A DNA stretch of 64,000 nucleotides from a virus, in the IMG/VR virus record IMGVR_UViG_3300013094_000040, positions 3,338-67,337 of that record; one strand, written 5' to 3'. The notes under the pieces are model-generated. The model was not told where the DNA came from, made no database searches, and saw only the letters and a program-made list of their open reading frames with translations. Below are positions 8,461-19,300 of the stretch, one piece after another (within the stretch, counting starts at the first letter, position 1; the number at the start of each line of letters is the position of its first letter). The position numbers and the translations under genes were made by a program.

Positions 8461-8468
8461 AATAAATA
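8461..8468 (+). promoter_or_regulatory. Late promoter AATAAATA at the head of the baseplate operon
   Basis: ATAA(A/G)TA also occurs at 12621, 15918, 16342, 32618, 35955 and 39892, each in a short intergenic gap before a structural gene. Confidence 0.6.
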
Positions 8469-8490
8469 TTATATATTAGGGCATTAGCAT

Positions 8491-9363
8491 ATGGGTCTTT
8501 TTGACGATACACCTTCTTTTGATACTTCGGCATTTAGTTCCGGGTTTGACAATGTAGTAAACTCTGTTAGTAACGGGTCGGCTGCTGACTTCAATAACGT
8601 AACTAATTCTATTACCGGGGCAATCAACGTCAGTGCAAATCGACTGTTAAGTGCTGGATTAAATTTTGGTGGAGGCTCAACTGGCCTGGGCTTGCTAAAT
8701 TCAACTCCCACTATAAACATCAATGGTGGCCAAGCAAAAGATTGGCGTGTTAGACTAAGCCTTCCGGTTAATTTTCCAGCTATTATGAATGGACAAAATT
8801 TAGCACCACTTAGCCGAACAGGCAACGGTGTGGTTTTTCCATACACTCCTACTGTTGCAGTAACACACAATGCTCGCTATCAAGAACAATCGCTCACACA
8901 TAGTAATTATAAGAATTATTTCTACGAAGGCTCGGATGTGGCAGAAATAAATATTTCTGGCGAATTTACTGTGCAGAACATTGCCGAAGGCCAATACTTA
9001 ATGGCGGCAATTTACTTCTTTAGAACCTGTACCAAGATGTTTTTTGGTGCAGATCAATTGGCAGGAAATCCTCCACCAATATTATTCTTAGACGGTTACG
9101 GAGATTTTTATTTCCCCCACGTTAGTTGCATAGTTAAATCGTTTACACATAATATGCCGGCCGACGTTGACTATTTAGAAATACCTACAAACACTTTAGG
9201 TAACTACGTATCGAGATTACCAACTACAAGTACCATTAGTGTTACTGTACAACCTGTTTACAGTCGTCAAAATGTTTACAATAGATTTAATTTAAATCAG
9301 TTTGCATCAGGACAACTAATAGGACAAAGTACAGGCGGCACAGATATAGCAGGATTCATTTAA
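8491..9363 (+). CDS. Baseplate/tail-tube initiator protein (gp48/gp54-like)
   Basis: DWRVRL, VFPYTPTV, INISGEFT, PPPILFLDGYG pattern typical of tube-fold initiators; first gene of the baseplate operon. Confidence 0.6.
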   Translation: MGLFDDTPSFDTSAFSSGFDNVVNSVSNGSAADFNNVTNSITGAINVSANRLLSAGLNFGGGSTGLGLLNSTPTININGGQAKDWRVRLSLPVNFPAIMNGQNLAPLSRTGNGVVFPYTPTVAVTHNARYQEQSLTHSNYKNYFYEGSDVAEINISGEFTVQNIAEGQYLMAAIYFFRTCTKMFFGADQLAGNPPPILFLDGYGDFYFPHVSCIVKSFTHNMPADVDYLEIPTNTLGNYVSRLPTTSTISVTVQPVYSRQNVYNRFNLNQFASGQLIGQSTGGTDIAGFI

Positions 9364-9671
9364 TGGCTTCAACATCAAATTACAGTCGCAGTAGTCCTTA
9401 TTATAGCACACCTTCTTTTGGGAAGTTTTTAGATATATTAGACTACAGACCAATTGATAAGCAACCCGATGACGTTGTTTATGTAATTAATAATACCTAT
9501 CAATATAGACCTGATTTATTAGCCTACGACTTATATGGAGATAGTTCCTTGTGGTGGGTGTTTCGTGCTCGTAATCCCAACGCCATTGAGGATCCATTGT
9601 TAGATTTTCGTGCAGGCGTAACAATTTACATACCTAATAAGAATACCTTAACCGCCAGCCTGGGAGTTTAA
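9363..9671 (+). CDS. Baseplate wedge protein, gp53/LysM-like
   Basis: YRPDLLAYDLYGDSSLWWVF...N...GVTIYIP motif. Confidence 0.8.
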   Translation: MASTSNYSRSSPYYSTPSFGKFLDILDYRPIDKQPDDVVYVINNTYQYRPDLLAYDLYGDSSLWWVFRARNPNAIEDPLLDFRAGVTIYIPNKNTLTASLGV

Positions 9672-9674
9672 TCC

Positions 9675-12605
9675 ATGGCTATATTCACCAAGTATACAGT
9701 TGTTAAAGATCCCAACACTGGTCAAGATATAGAATTTGGCCAGTTGTCACAGGCTGATCAACAAACAATACTTGATGCTGACTCTGCACAGACAGCAAGC
9801 GAAATATCTGGTGCATCAACAGAAACAGCAGGAGATGCAACAAACCCTTCTGCCAATGCCAGCACACAAAATACTGGAACAGACTCTGGGTCAAATTCTT
9901 CTGCTACACCGCTGTCTGAAGAAGAAATACAAGCACAAGATAATCCTCCGGCAGATAACACTGACACAGTAAATCCCAACGAAAAACCAATTAACCCAGC
10001 AGATCCCAATGCCTGGGACAGCGAAGACTCGGCAACATTTAATCCAAAGTCAACTGGTAGCATGGCCGGTAAACTACCCAGTAACATGGGCGGTACTCTT
10101 AATGCCGGACAAAGCATAGGTACAGACAGTAGCGGACAAGGCTATGTTTCCAGCGTAAATCTATTACATCAATATCCCAGCTATACATATGGATTAACAT
10201 TACACGCATTGACTCCGGCAGACTATGCTCAATTGGTAGACAATCCAAAAGGCTGGAGACCATCGTTGACCTTAATAAGTTCTGCCAGTAGATATAAAAA
10301 CAGTAGAAGTGCATATTTTAAAGATGACTTTTATTTTGAAGATCTTAAAATTTCTACGGTGATTGCGCCAACAGCGGAAACCAAGGCTACCAATGGCATT
10401 GATTTATCTTTTACTATCATTGAGCCATATGGTATGACGCTAATAGATAGACTATTGGATTTTAGTCAATATGAAGTACGTATACAAAACTATTTAGAAG
10501 TTCCGTATGTTTTGGAAATTAATTTCTTTGCCTATACCGACAGCGGCCAGGTATTATTAAACCCGTTGACCAAGTGGTTTCCTATTAACCTGAGAGAAAT
10601 GAAGATACGCAACAGCGTCAAAGGAACTGAGTATCAGGTACAGGCTACTCCTTACAATCATCAGGCCTATACACAAAATTTTCAAACAATTAAATCTGCT
10701 GTTGAAGTAACTGCTAAAACTGTTGGTGACTACTTCAATGGTAACGACACCGATACAGCAACAACCGCATCGGCAATGGATGCTTATTATGCAGCCAACC
10801 CAGACAAAAAGCGTCCTGGTAAAGTAGACCCGGCAAAAAATACAGCAAAAGCACCTGCACCAAAATCTGCACAGCCAGTCAATGATCCCCCTGCGGTTGA
10901 TGTAAATGGCAACACCACAGGGCAGACAACAGCCGACCCAGCAGCTGCCGCAACAGACACAACGCCAACTCCAATAACGCCTACTATTAAAACAAACAGT
11001 TTGGCGGCTGCTTATAATGCTTGGCAACAAGCGGCATTAGAGGGTGGCGACCAGGAAGTAGCCGACAGTATTTCTTTTGTAATAATGGATGCAAACATCA
11101 ATGGACTGCCACCTAACGCTATTAAAAATGCCAAAGTAGCATTTCCTAATAAAACAGACGTGTCAAAAACACCAGCATCTTCTAACGATAAAGCCGGTAC
11201 AAACGCAAATGCAACCAATAACGATCCAAAGAAAAGTGCAAAAACACCTGCGGCTCAAGGCGATACAATGAATACCCAGACTTTTACAATCAATGCTGGC
11301 ACAAGTATTGTATCTGTAATAGATCAAGTTATAACCAACAGCGAGTACATAACAAACCAATTGGTTGAAACAGAAACCTCAACCTCAACGTCAGACGCAA
11401 GATCCAGCGCAGAAAATCTTAGCAAAGCATTAGGCGACAAACCTGTCTATTGGTACAAGGTAGTGCCCAAACTTGAAATTACTAAATTTGACGAAACACG
11501 CCAGACCTGGGGCAAACACGTAACTTTTTATATTACTCCTTATCTTTATTATAACGGCAGAGATCCGCGTGCCGCCAAATCAAAATTGCCACACGCTGTT
11601 AAAGATTACCAATATTTTTATACTGGAAAAAATAGAGATATTATTAATTTTGATATTGATTTTAATGCATTGTTTTTTAATGCTGTCTTAATAGATAAAA
11701 AACAAAAAGAAGTCACAGCAAAATATAAAGGCTCAACTGAGGAAGATACTACCAAGAGTAAATCAGAAAAACAAGTAGGATATCAAAATCCTGCGCCAAC
11801 TAAAAAAGTATTAGTAGCCGGATCTGCTACCAGCGGCGGTGGTGCAATTACCAAAGCTGACACGCAAAACAGTCAAAGTTTTAAAGATAATCTTTATACC
11901 TATGTTGGCGGCGACATGATAAACTTAGACGTAAGAATCATTGGCGACCCTGATTTTATCAAACAAGATGATGTATTGTTTGGACCGGGTACTACAGGTG
12001 GCGACACGGGCCAGGGCAGAGTCAATGGCGCCTCGGGCAGTTTATCTATGGATTCAGGACAGATTTTTTGCAATGTAAGTTTTAAATCAGCTGCTGACAT
12101 TATGCCAGAAGGAAATCCGCGCGGACAACTACGCTATTATGGCACAGAATCCCAGGCAGCATTCAGTGGGTTCTACTGTATTCAAACTGTTGATAGTGAG
12201 TTCCATAACGGCAAGTTTACGCAATCGTTAAAAATGTATCGCCAACCAAATCAGCCTGGCGATGGTACTTCTCCAACATCGGCATCGACTACCACTGGCA
12301 GTTCTCGACTGGCATCAATAAACAGTGATTTAAAAACACTTGTTTTAAATGGAAGTTCCAAGGTCTCGGGCAAATCAATTGACAAAGCTCTACCAGATGG
12401 AAAACTTGCTGACATAGTAGGCGGAAATAAAACTCCAGCCTGGGAAGAAGATTTTCCAACACCCAAGCCAGACCCAACAGAATTGACAGTTGACCCAACA
12501 GTTGAAGCAGGCAACAGCGACGATGGATTAGTAGCAGTCGTTGATGGGGGTTCAACAGAACCAATTGGTGATAACAGTAACACCGACGGTACCCTTATTG
12601 TTTAA
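9675..12605 (+). CDS. Baseplate hub protein (gp27-like) with low-complexity insertions
   Basis: Lies between the gp53-like and gp5-like genes; FTIIEPYG, LDVRIIGDPDF, FSGFYCIQTVDSEFHNGKFTQSLKM hub motifs. Confidence 0.6.
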   Translation: MAIFTKYTVVKDPNTGQDIEFGQLSQADQQTILDADSAQTASEISGASTETAGDATNPSANASTQNTGTDSGSNSSATPLSEEEIQAQDNPPADNTDTVNPNEKPINPADPNAWDSEDSATFNPKSTGSMAGKLPSNMGGTLNAGQSIGTDSSGQGYVSSVNLLHQYPSYTYGLTLHALTPADYAQLVDNPKGWRPSLTLISSASRYKNSRSAYFKDDFYFEDLKISTVIAPTAETKATNGIDLSFTIIEPYGMTLIDRLLDFSQYEVRIQNYLEVPYVLEINFFAYTDSGQVLLNPLTKWFPINLREMKIRNSVKGTEYQVQATPYNHQAYTQNFQTIKSAVEVTAKTVGDYFNGNDTDTATTASAMDAYYAANPDKKRPGKVDPAKNTAKAPAPKSAQPVNDPPAVDVNGNTTGQTTADPAAAATDTTPTPITPTIKTNSLAAAYNAWQQAALEGGDQEVADSISFVIMDANINGLPPNAIKNAKVAFPNKTDVSKTPASSNDKAGTNANATNNDPKKSAKTPAAQGDTMNTQTFTINAGTSIVSVIDQVITNSEYITNQLVETETSTSTSDARSSAENLSKALGDKPVYWYKVVPKLEITKFDETRQTWGKHVTFYITPYLYYNGRDPRAAKSKLPHAVKDYQYFYTGKNRDIINFDIDFNALFFNAVLIDKKQKEVTAKYKGSTEEDTTKSKSEKQVGYQNPAPTKKVLVAGSATSGGGAITKADTQNSQSFKDNLYTYVGGDMINLDVRIIGDPDFIKQDDVLFGPGTTGGDTGQGRVNGASGSLSMDSGQIFCNVSFKSAADIMPEGNPRGQLRYYGTESQAAFSGFYCIQTVDSEFHNGKFTQSLKMYRQPNQPGDGTSPTSASTTTGSSRLASINSDLKTLVLNGSSKVSGKSIDKALPDGKLADIVGGNKTPAWEEDFPTPKPDPTELTVDPTVEAGNSDDGLVAVVDGGSTEPIGDNSNTDGTLIV

Positions 12606-12646
12606 TGGGCCTTAGAACAAATAAGTACACATAACAGGATTTTTTA

Positions 12647-15600
12647 ATGCCAATAGATAAAGTTTCCAGATCAAAATTGCCTAAATGGGCTGCTCGCGAC
12701 ACAGCCGCTGGGCAAAAATTTGACACGGCTACTTATATGGGCGTTGTCAAAGACAACAAAGACCCTATTCGCGGAGGCCGACTACGTGTATGGATTCCAG
12801 ACTTTGGTGGTGATCAAACAGATGAAAAATTCTGGCAAACAGTTTCTTATGCCAGCCCATTCTTTGGTGCTACATTTGTAGGCGATGCGGTTGCAAATAA
12901 TAAATTTACCACTACAAATCATACCTATGGTATGTGGATGGTGCCACCTGATATTAATAACCAAGTTCTATGTACGTTTGTCAATGGTGACCCCGATCGT
13001 GGATTTTGGTTTGCCTGTGTAAATCCTACACTTAGTCACTGGATGGTGCCGGGTATTGCAGCCGGCAACAAAGTTGATACAGGTAATGTCAGTGATATAA
13101 TTGGTGCAAGTATTACAACAGGACAAAGTTTGCCTGTGGTTGAATACAATGACAGCGAAGCAACTGCATTTACTTCTACCTTCTTTAATAATCCAAAACC
13201 GGTACACGAATGGCAAGCTAATATACTATTCCAACAAGGTCTTGATAAAGATCCTGTACGTGGTGCAACAAGTTCTACAAGTCAACGCGAAAGCCCAAGC
13301 CATGTATTTGGTATTAGTACCCCAGGCCGCGCATATGGCAACGATCCTGCTGAAGATCCTGAATACGGTAAAAAATTAGCCGACGGTACTATTACAGAAA
13401 AAGACTATGCTGTGTTTGCACGTAAAGGTGGACATACTTTTGTTATGGACGACGGCGATGTTGAAGGAACAGATCAGTTAGTTCGTATACGTAGTGCTGG
13501 TGGTCACGAGATATTAATGAATGATAAAGAGCAAACTCTATACATCATTAACTCGGCGGGTTCAAACTGGATAGAATTAAATCAAGATGGTACAATGAAT
13601 ATCTACAACAGTGGAAGTTTCAGTGTACGTTCTGAGGGCGATATAAATTTTTACTCTGATGCAAACGTTAATATTGATTCAGCAAGCTCAATTAATTTTA
13701 ATGCTGCAACCAGCATTAAAGTAACATCAGCAGATATTGGAGCCAGTGCCACTAACTCCATGCTATTATACGGTGCCAGCAAAATGGATGTGGGTACAGG
13801 CGGTACGTTGACTACAGGTGCAGCAACTACCAGCATTGGCAGTACAGGTCCTATTAATATTGCTGGAACTACATTAGATCTTAACTCAAATCCTGGTAGC
13901 AATAATATCACAGGATTTAACCCACAAACATCAGTATTCCCAGATGCCAGCTACGACACAGTAACAAGACAATGGGCAAGTAAACCACAACAGGTAACCA
14001 GTATTGTTACCACATTACCCACACACGAACCTTACCCACGCACACCACCTGGCCCTATACCAACAAAAACTTTAGCAGCTAAAACTTGCGAAATTAAAAA
14101 CGGGCAAGCACCAGCCAGCTATACTCTGCCACCGGCCAATGGCAACAAATTAGATGGTGGTAAAGTTCGCGGACAACCAGTGCCTTGGACAACAGATTCA
14201 GCATTCCTTGACAAGGTCAAATCTGTAGCCAGCTCATTGAATTTAAATTACATGGACATGTTGGCCTGTATGCATTTAGAAACCATTGGTACTATGGATC
14301 CAGGTATTACCAATAGCTTAGGATTTACAGGTTTAATTCAATTTGGTAAACCTGCTGCCACAGCCTGCGGAACTACACAAGAGTCTCTACGCAACATGGA
14401 TCGTGTAACACAATGCGATTACGTATTAAAATATTTCCAAGTTAATAAACTAAATCAGAAAGCACCAAACCCAAGATTAGTAGATATCTATCTGACTATT
14501 CTTTGGCCAGCGGCTGTTGGGCAGGCATTGGATAAAGTTATTTGGAGTCAAAACGACAAAACAGCAGTATTCTATAATGCCAATCACGGATTTGACACAA
14601 CCAAGTCTGGACAAATTACTGTACAAATGGTTGCAACCAGTATTGATACACACTTGGCAGCAGTTAAACAAGCATTGGCCAATGCCGGAGCAAAGTCAGA
14701 ATCCCCACCGGGGCAATTACAGTCTGGATCGGGTGCTACAGTAACCGACGGATCTGGCAAACCAATAAACGCTGGCTCGGCAAATACCGGTGGACAAGAT
14801 GTTGGATTAACGCAGGCAGCAGGCAAGAGTGTATCGGGCACTTGCCCTCCGGAGTGGATGAATCGCAAAGAAGCATACGATCCTCCGGCAACTATTGGTA
14901 CAGCCAGCCCCAGCTTTACACAGTTACAAGTCAAAGCATTACACGCAGAATTGGGTTATTTTGAAAGCCAGTGGGCCTATGATAAATTTACAGGCACACA
15001 AATTGGAAAATATCAATTCAGTGCCGACGAACTTGCTGGTGCCGGCTATATCAAACCTGATGCTATTACACAATACCAAGATGGCACACTGGGCAATGGC
15101 GAAAGTTGGAGTGGTAAAGACAAAGTTAATAGTCAGGGCGATTTTGTTTCTGCAAAACAACAACAAGACATTATTCAAAATAATGAATTTACAGATTTTT
15201 ACGCCGCATTAGGTGCAAACGGTGGTATTGTATCGTCAGACGATATATGTACAGCTGCTGGTATGGTGTTTGTGGCTCATATGTATCGTAGTGCTGATTT
15301 AGCACTACAGTGGCGTAAGCAAGGTTTTGTTGATAATCCTCCTGCTAACATTGGCAAGGCTGGTACACCAGAGGATTATTTCAATCACGGTCGTTACGCA
15401 ATTGATATTTTAGCGGTTAATGCTCAACCAAGTCCAGCTGACAGAGGAAAACCACCTAACGGTTCTAACTTGACCGGTATTGATCCAAATGCTGTATTGG
15501 CATTTGCAGGTTCGGGTTCGGGAACATTATCCGGATTCCAACAAACAAGCACAGCGTTCCAAGATGCACTACTACAAGCTGCACAGGCCTATCTACAGGC

Positions 15601-15910
15601 CACTGGCAAGAAGATCATGATCAATAGTGCTTATCGTAGCGCAGAATACCAACAGGGATTATATGACCGTTGGGTACAAGCAGGTGGACACATGCCCGAT
15701 AAACCAACTGCAGGTGGTATCACTACACCAACTAATCCAAGAAGTTCCGCAAATTATCACGACAGTCACGGAGATGGTGTAGCTATTGATAGCTCACAGT
15801 CCGAGTCAGTCAGTAACACTATCGATTTACCCAAATATGGCCTGCGTTGGGGCGGAACATTTAGAAGCCCAGATAGAGTCCATATTCAGTTAGCGGCATT
15901 TAAACCATAA
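12647..15910 (+). CDS. Baseplate central spike (gp5/VgrG-like) with C-terminal peptidoglycan hydrolase domains
   Basis: OB-fold DPIRGGRLRVWIP, GHTFVMDD...GHEILMND beta-helix region, THEP motif, two lysozyme-like segments and an M15-type peptidase (SAYRS...SH..G.AID...DRVHIQ). Confidence 0.85.
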   Translation: MPIDKVSRSKLPKWAARDTAAGQKFDTATYMGVVKDNKDPIRGGRLRVWIPDFGGDQTDEKFWQTVSYASPFFGATFVGDAVANNKFTTTNHTYGMWMVPPDINNQVLCTFVNGDPDRGFWFACVNPTLSHWMVPGIAAGNKVDTGNVSDIIGASITTGQSLPVVEYNDSEATAFTSTFFNNPKPVHEWQANILFQQGLDKDPVRGATSSTSQRESPSHVFGISTPGRAYGNDPAEDPEYGKKLADGTITEKDYAVFARKGGHTFVMDDGDVEGTDQLVRIRSAGGHEILMNDKEQTLYIINSAGSNWIELNQDGTMNIYNSGSFSVRSEGDINFYSDANVNIDSASSINFNAATSIKVTSADIGASATNSMLLYGASKMDVGTGGTLTTGAATTSIGSTGPINIAGTTLDLNSNPGSNNITGFNPQTSVFPDASYDTVTRQWASKPQQVTSIVTTLPTHEPYPRTPPGPIPTKTLAAKTCEIKNGQAPASYTLPPANGNKLDGGKVRGQPVPWTTDSAFLDKVKSVASSLNLNYMDMLACMHLETIGTMDPGITNSLGFTGLIQFGKPAATACGTTQESLRNMDRVTQCDYVLKYFQVNKLNQKAPNPRLVDIYLTILWPAAVGQALDKVIWSQNDKTAVFYNANHGFDTTKSGQITVQMVATSIDTHLAAVKQALANAGAKSESPPGQLQSGSGATVTDGSGKPINAGSANTGGQDVGLTQAAGKSVSGTCPPEWMNRKEAYDPPATIGTASPSFTQLQVKALHAELGYFESQWAYDKFTGTQIGKYQFSADELAGAGYIKPDAITQYQDGTLGNGESWSGKDKVNSQGDFVSAKQQQDIIQNNEFTDFYAALGANGGIVSSDDICTAAGMVFVAHMYRSADLALQWRKQGFVDNPPANIGKAGTPEDYFNHGRYAIDILAVNAQPSPADRGKPPNGSNLTGIDPNAVLAFAGSGSGTLSGFQQTSTAFQDALLQAAQAYLQATGKKIMINSAYRSAEYQQGLYDRWVQAGGHMPDKPTAGGITTPTNPRSSANYHDSHGDGVAIDSSQSESVSNTIDLPKYGLRWGGTFRSPDRVHIQLAAFKP

Positions 15911-15929
15911 AAACGGGATAAGTATATAC

Positions 15930-16310
15930 ATGGCTACAACATTATACAAAGGTTTTAGTACCGTTGATCGTTACAAAAAGTTTCGTCTTAGCGATATAAA
16001 TTTGGTTAAACAAGATTTAATCAATCATTTTCGTATACGCAAAGGCGAAAAGCTCATGCAACCAAATTTTGGTACTATTATTTGGACCATGTTGTTTGAA
16101 CCAATGACAGATGTAGTCCATCAAGCCATAGTAGCTGATGTAAAAACCATAGTTGGCTACGATCCTCGCACTAAACTGTTAAACATTACAATCAACGAGT
16201 ACGATCAAGGCATACAGATAGGTATAGACTTATTGTATATCCCTACTAATCAGACAACAGCACTACAATTAAAGTTTGATGCACAGTCGGCTTCCCTCAC
16301 CGCGCAGTAA
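15930..16310 (+). CDS. gp25: Baseplate wedge subunit, gp25-like
   Basis: LVKQDLINHFRIRKGEKLMQPNFGT...LFEP...YDPR signature. Confidence 0.9.
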   Translation: MATTLYKGFSTVDRYKKFRLSDINLVKQDLINHFRIRKGEKLMQPNFGTIIWTMLFEPMTDVVHQAIVADVKTIVGYDPRTKLLNITINEYDQGIQIGIDLLYIPTNQTTALQLKFDAQSASLTAQ

Positions 16311-16369
16311 CCTCGAATAATATACCCTGTTTTTAATTGTAATAAATACTCTATAAGGGATATATTCGC

Positions 16370-19300
16370 ATGGCTATAACAACACGTCAGACAAACTTAT
16401 TGGTGAATCAAGACTGGACTACCCTGTACCAGAGCTTCAAAAACGCCGATTTCCAAAGCTATGATTTTGAAACTATTCGCAAGTCAATGATTGACTATTT
16501 GCGTAATTATTATCCTGAAGATTTTAACGATTTTACAGAATCAAGTGAGTACGTAGCCCTAATAGATCTAATTGCTTTCTTGGGACAGAGTTTAGCATTC
16601 CGCACAGACTTAAATGCTCGTGAAAATTTCTTTGACACAGCAGAACGCCGCGACAGCATACTTAAATTAGCCAGCCTAATTAATTATAATGCCAAACGTA
16701 ATACCCCAGCATCGGGTTATTTAAAAATTGACAGCGTTACCACAACCGAATCAGTCTTTGACAGCAATGGATTAAACCTTGCTAATTTATTAATCAATTG
16801 GAATGATACCACAAACGAAGATTGGCAAGAACAATTTACTGCTATTTTCAATGCGGCCTTGGTCAACGGACAGGCCATTGGTAGCCCGGGGAATACACAG
16901 ACTATTAATAATATTTTAACCAGCGAATATTCTGTTAATTTAGTTGGCGGAGTATTGCCTACATATGGATTTAATGCGTTAATTGCCGGAAACAATACTG
17001 GCTTTGAAGCTGTCAGTGCTACCAGTGTTGGGCAGACGTATGTTTACGAAGCCAGTCCGGCACCCAGTGGTAAATTTAATATTTTATATCAAAATGACAA
17101 TTTAGGTAATGGTAGTATCAATACCGGTTACTTTGTTTATTTTAAACAAGGTGCATTAAACGCACTTACTTTAAATTTACAACAAAGTTTACCTAATAGA
17201 AGTGTCAGCGTTAACTACGATAATATCAATGACACTGACGTCTGGTTATATCAATTAGACAATAACGGCAACCCATCGACTATATGGTCCAGTGTTCCTG
17301 CTATTGCCGGTATCAACATCATTTATAATCAAAGTGTTAACCGTAACCTATATCAGATTAAAACTCGTAGCAACGACCAAATTGATTTGGTATTTGGTGA
17401 TGGCTCGTTTGCTAATATTCCACAGGGTAACTTTAAACTTTATTATCGTGTAAGCAACGGACAGAGTTATAAAATTACTCCAGATGAAATGCAAAACATT
17501 GTTATTCCATTGGCCTACGTTAGCAAAAATAATACTGTTGAAACATTAACCATCAGTGCCAGTTTAAATTATACTGTAACTAATTCCTCTACACGAGAAC
17601 TAATTGACAGTATTCGTGTTAAAGCACCACAACAATACTATACACAAAATCGTATGATTACAGGAGAAGATTATAATCTTTTCCCATACACTAATTTTAA
17701 TGACATTCTAAAAGTCAAGGCAGTTAATCGTACCAGTTCAGGTATTAGCCGATATTTAGACGTCTTGGATGTCACAGGAAAATATTCCAGCACCAACGTA
17801 TTCTGTACAGACGGTATACTATATAGACAATCAACAGTACCAAGTTCAACATTTACATTTTCGTCTATTAACGATATCAATAATGTTATCTACAATACTG
17901 TCTTGCCAATTCTAAACAGCACAGAAGTAAAACATTTTTATTATGCTAATTTTACCAGATACACACCACCGGGAGTTAATATCTGGGCACAAGAAACTGC
18001 CGATTCGGGTACCTGTACCGGTAATATTGTTGACTCTGGCAATGCTATTAGAAATGTTGGATACGTAACCGGCAACGAATTAAAATATATTGTTACTGGA
18101 GCCCTACTAAGATTTAATGCAGGTAATGGCAAGTATTTTGATGCACAAAACATAATTAAAACTGGTACACCAAAATACGAGCACGATAAAACTTATATCT
18201 ACGCCAGCGTAATCTCAACTGCAAACAGCAATACTATAACTGTAAGTCAGGTTATTCCTTCTGGAGCGGTATTAGACACTATTATTCCTGTGTTTAAAAA
18301 TGATTTTACAAATTCAATATTTGTAAATCAAATGATTAATCTGATTCAAAGTTATAAAAACTTTGGTATTAGATATGACATGCCAAGTCAGAGTTGGATT
18401 ATTATTCCTCCTGACTTTTTAAACCTTGGCGATTTCAGTTTAGATAGAACTGGTAATACAAGTATACTTGGCTCTGACAGTTCATGGATTGTGGCATTTA
18501 CCTACAACGGTATCAGCTACAATATAGCACATCGTAGCTTACAATACGTATTTGAAAGTGCTGCCGAAACACGTTTTTACTTTGATCCTAATGTCAAGGT
18601 ATTTGATAGTAAAACTGGTTTAACAGTAATTGACCAAATTAACGTGCTTAAAACAAATACACAGGCTGACAGTTTAAACCCAATTGGGCATACACAGTCT
18701 TGGAAAATTTACAATAACATTGTTGCTTCCGACGGCTATATTGACAATACTCAAGTTTTAATTACTTTCCCAAGTACTAACAACGACGGTATTCCAGACG
18801 ACCCAGATTTGTTTGACAACATTGTTGATCCAATGGTAAATCCTAATAAGAAATATGTTTTCTTTGAAATAGTAAAATCAACAAACAGTAGCCAGGGTAA
18901 TTTTTTAACTATGTCACCAGTTGATAATAGTACAGTGGTTACAGATTATGCAACAAAAACTAACATATTAACTAATCAAAATCTTTACGTTAATGGTCAG
19001 TTATTCTATGCCACTGCTGAAAATGCCTTTTACACTTTGACAATTGATTCATCTAACGTAATAACATTGACACTGGCTACTAATTATTCTGCAGAAGTAG
19101 GACGTCAACAGTTGTACTTCCAATACAGACATAACAGTCCAAACGATCGTCGTATCGATCCAAGTCCAAACAATATCATGGACTTGTATATCTTGACTAC
19201 CGAATATTCTAATGCCTATTTGGCATGGATACAAGATACTACCGGGACTGTTACTGAGCCAATGTTGCCAACAAATGATCAATTGAAATTGTCATATGGA

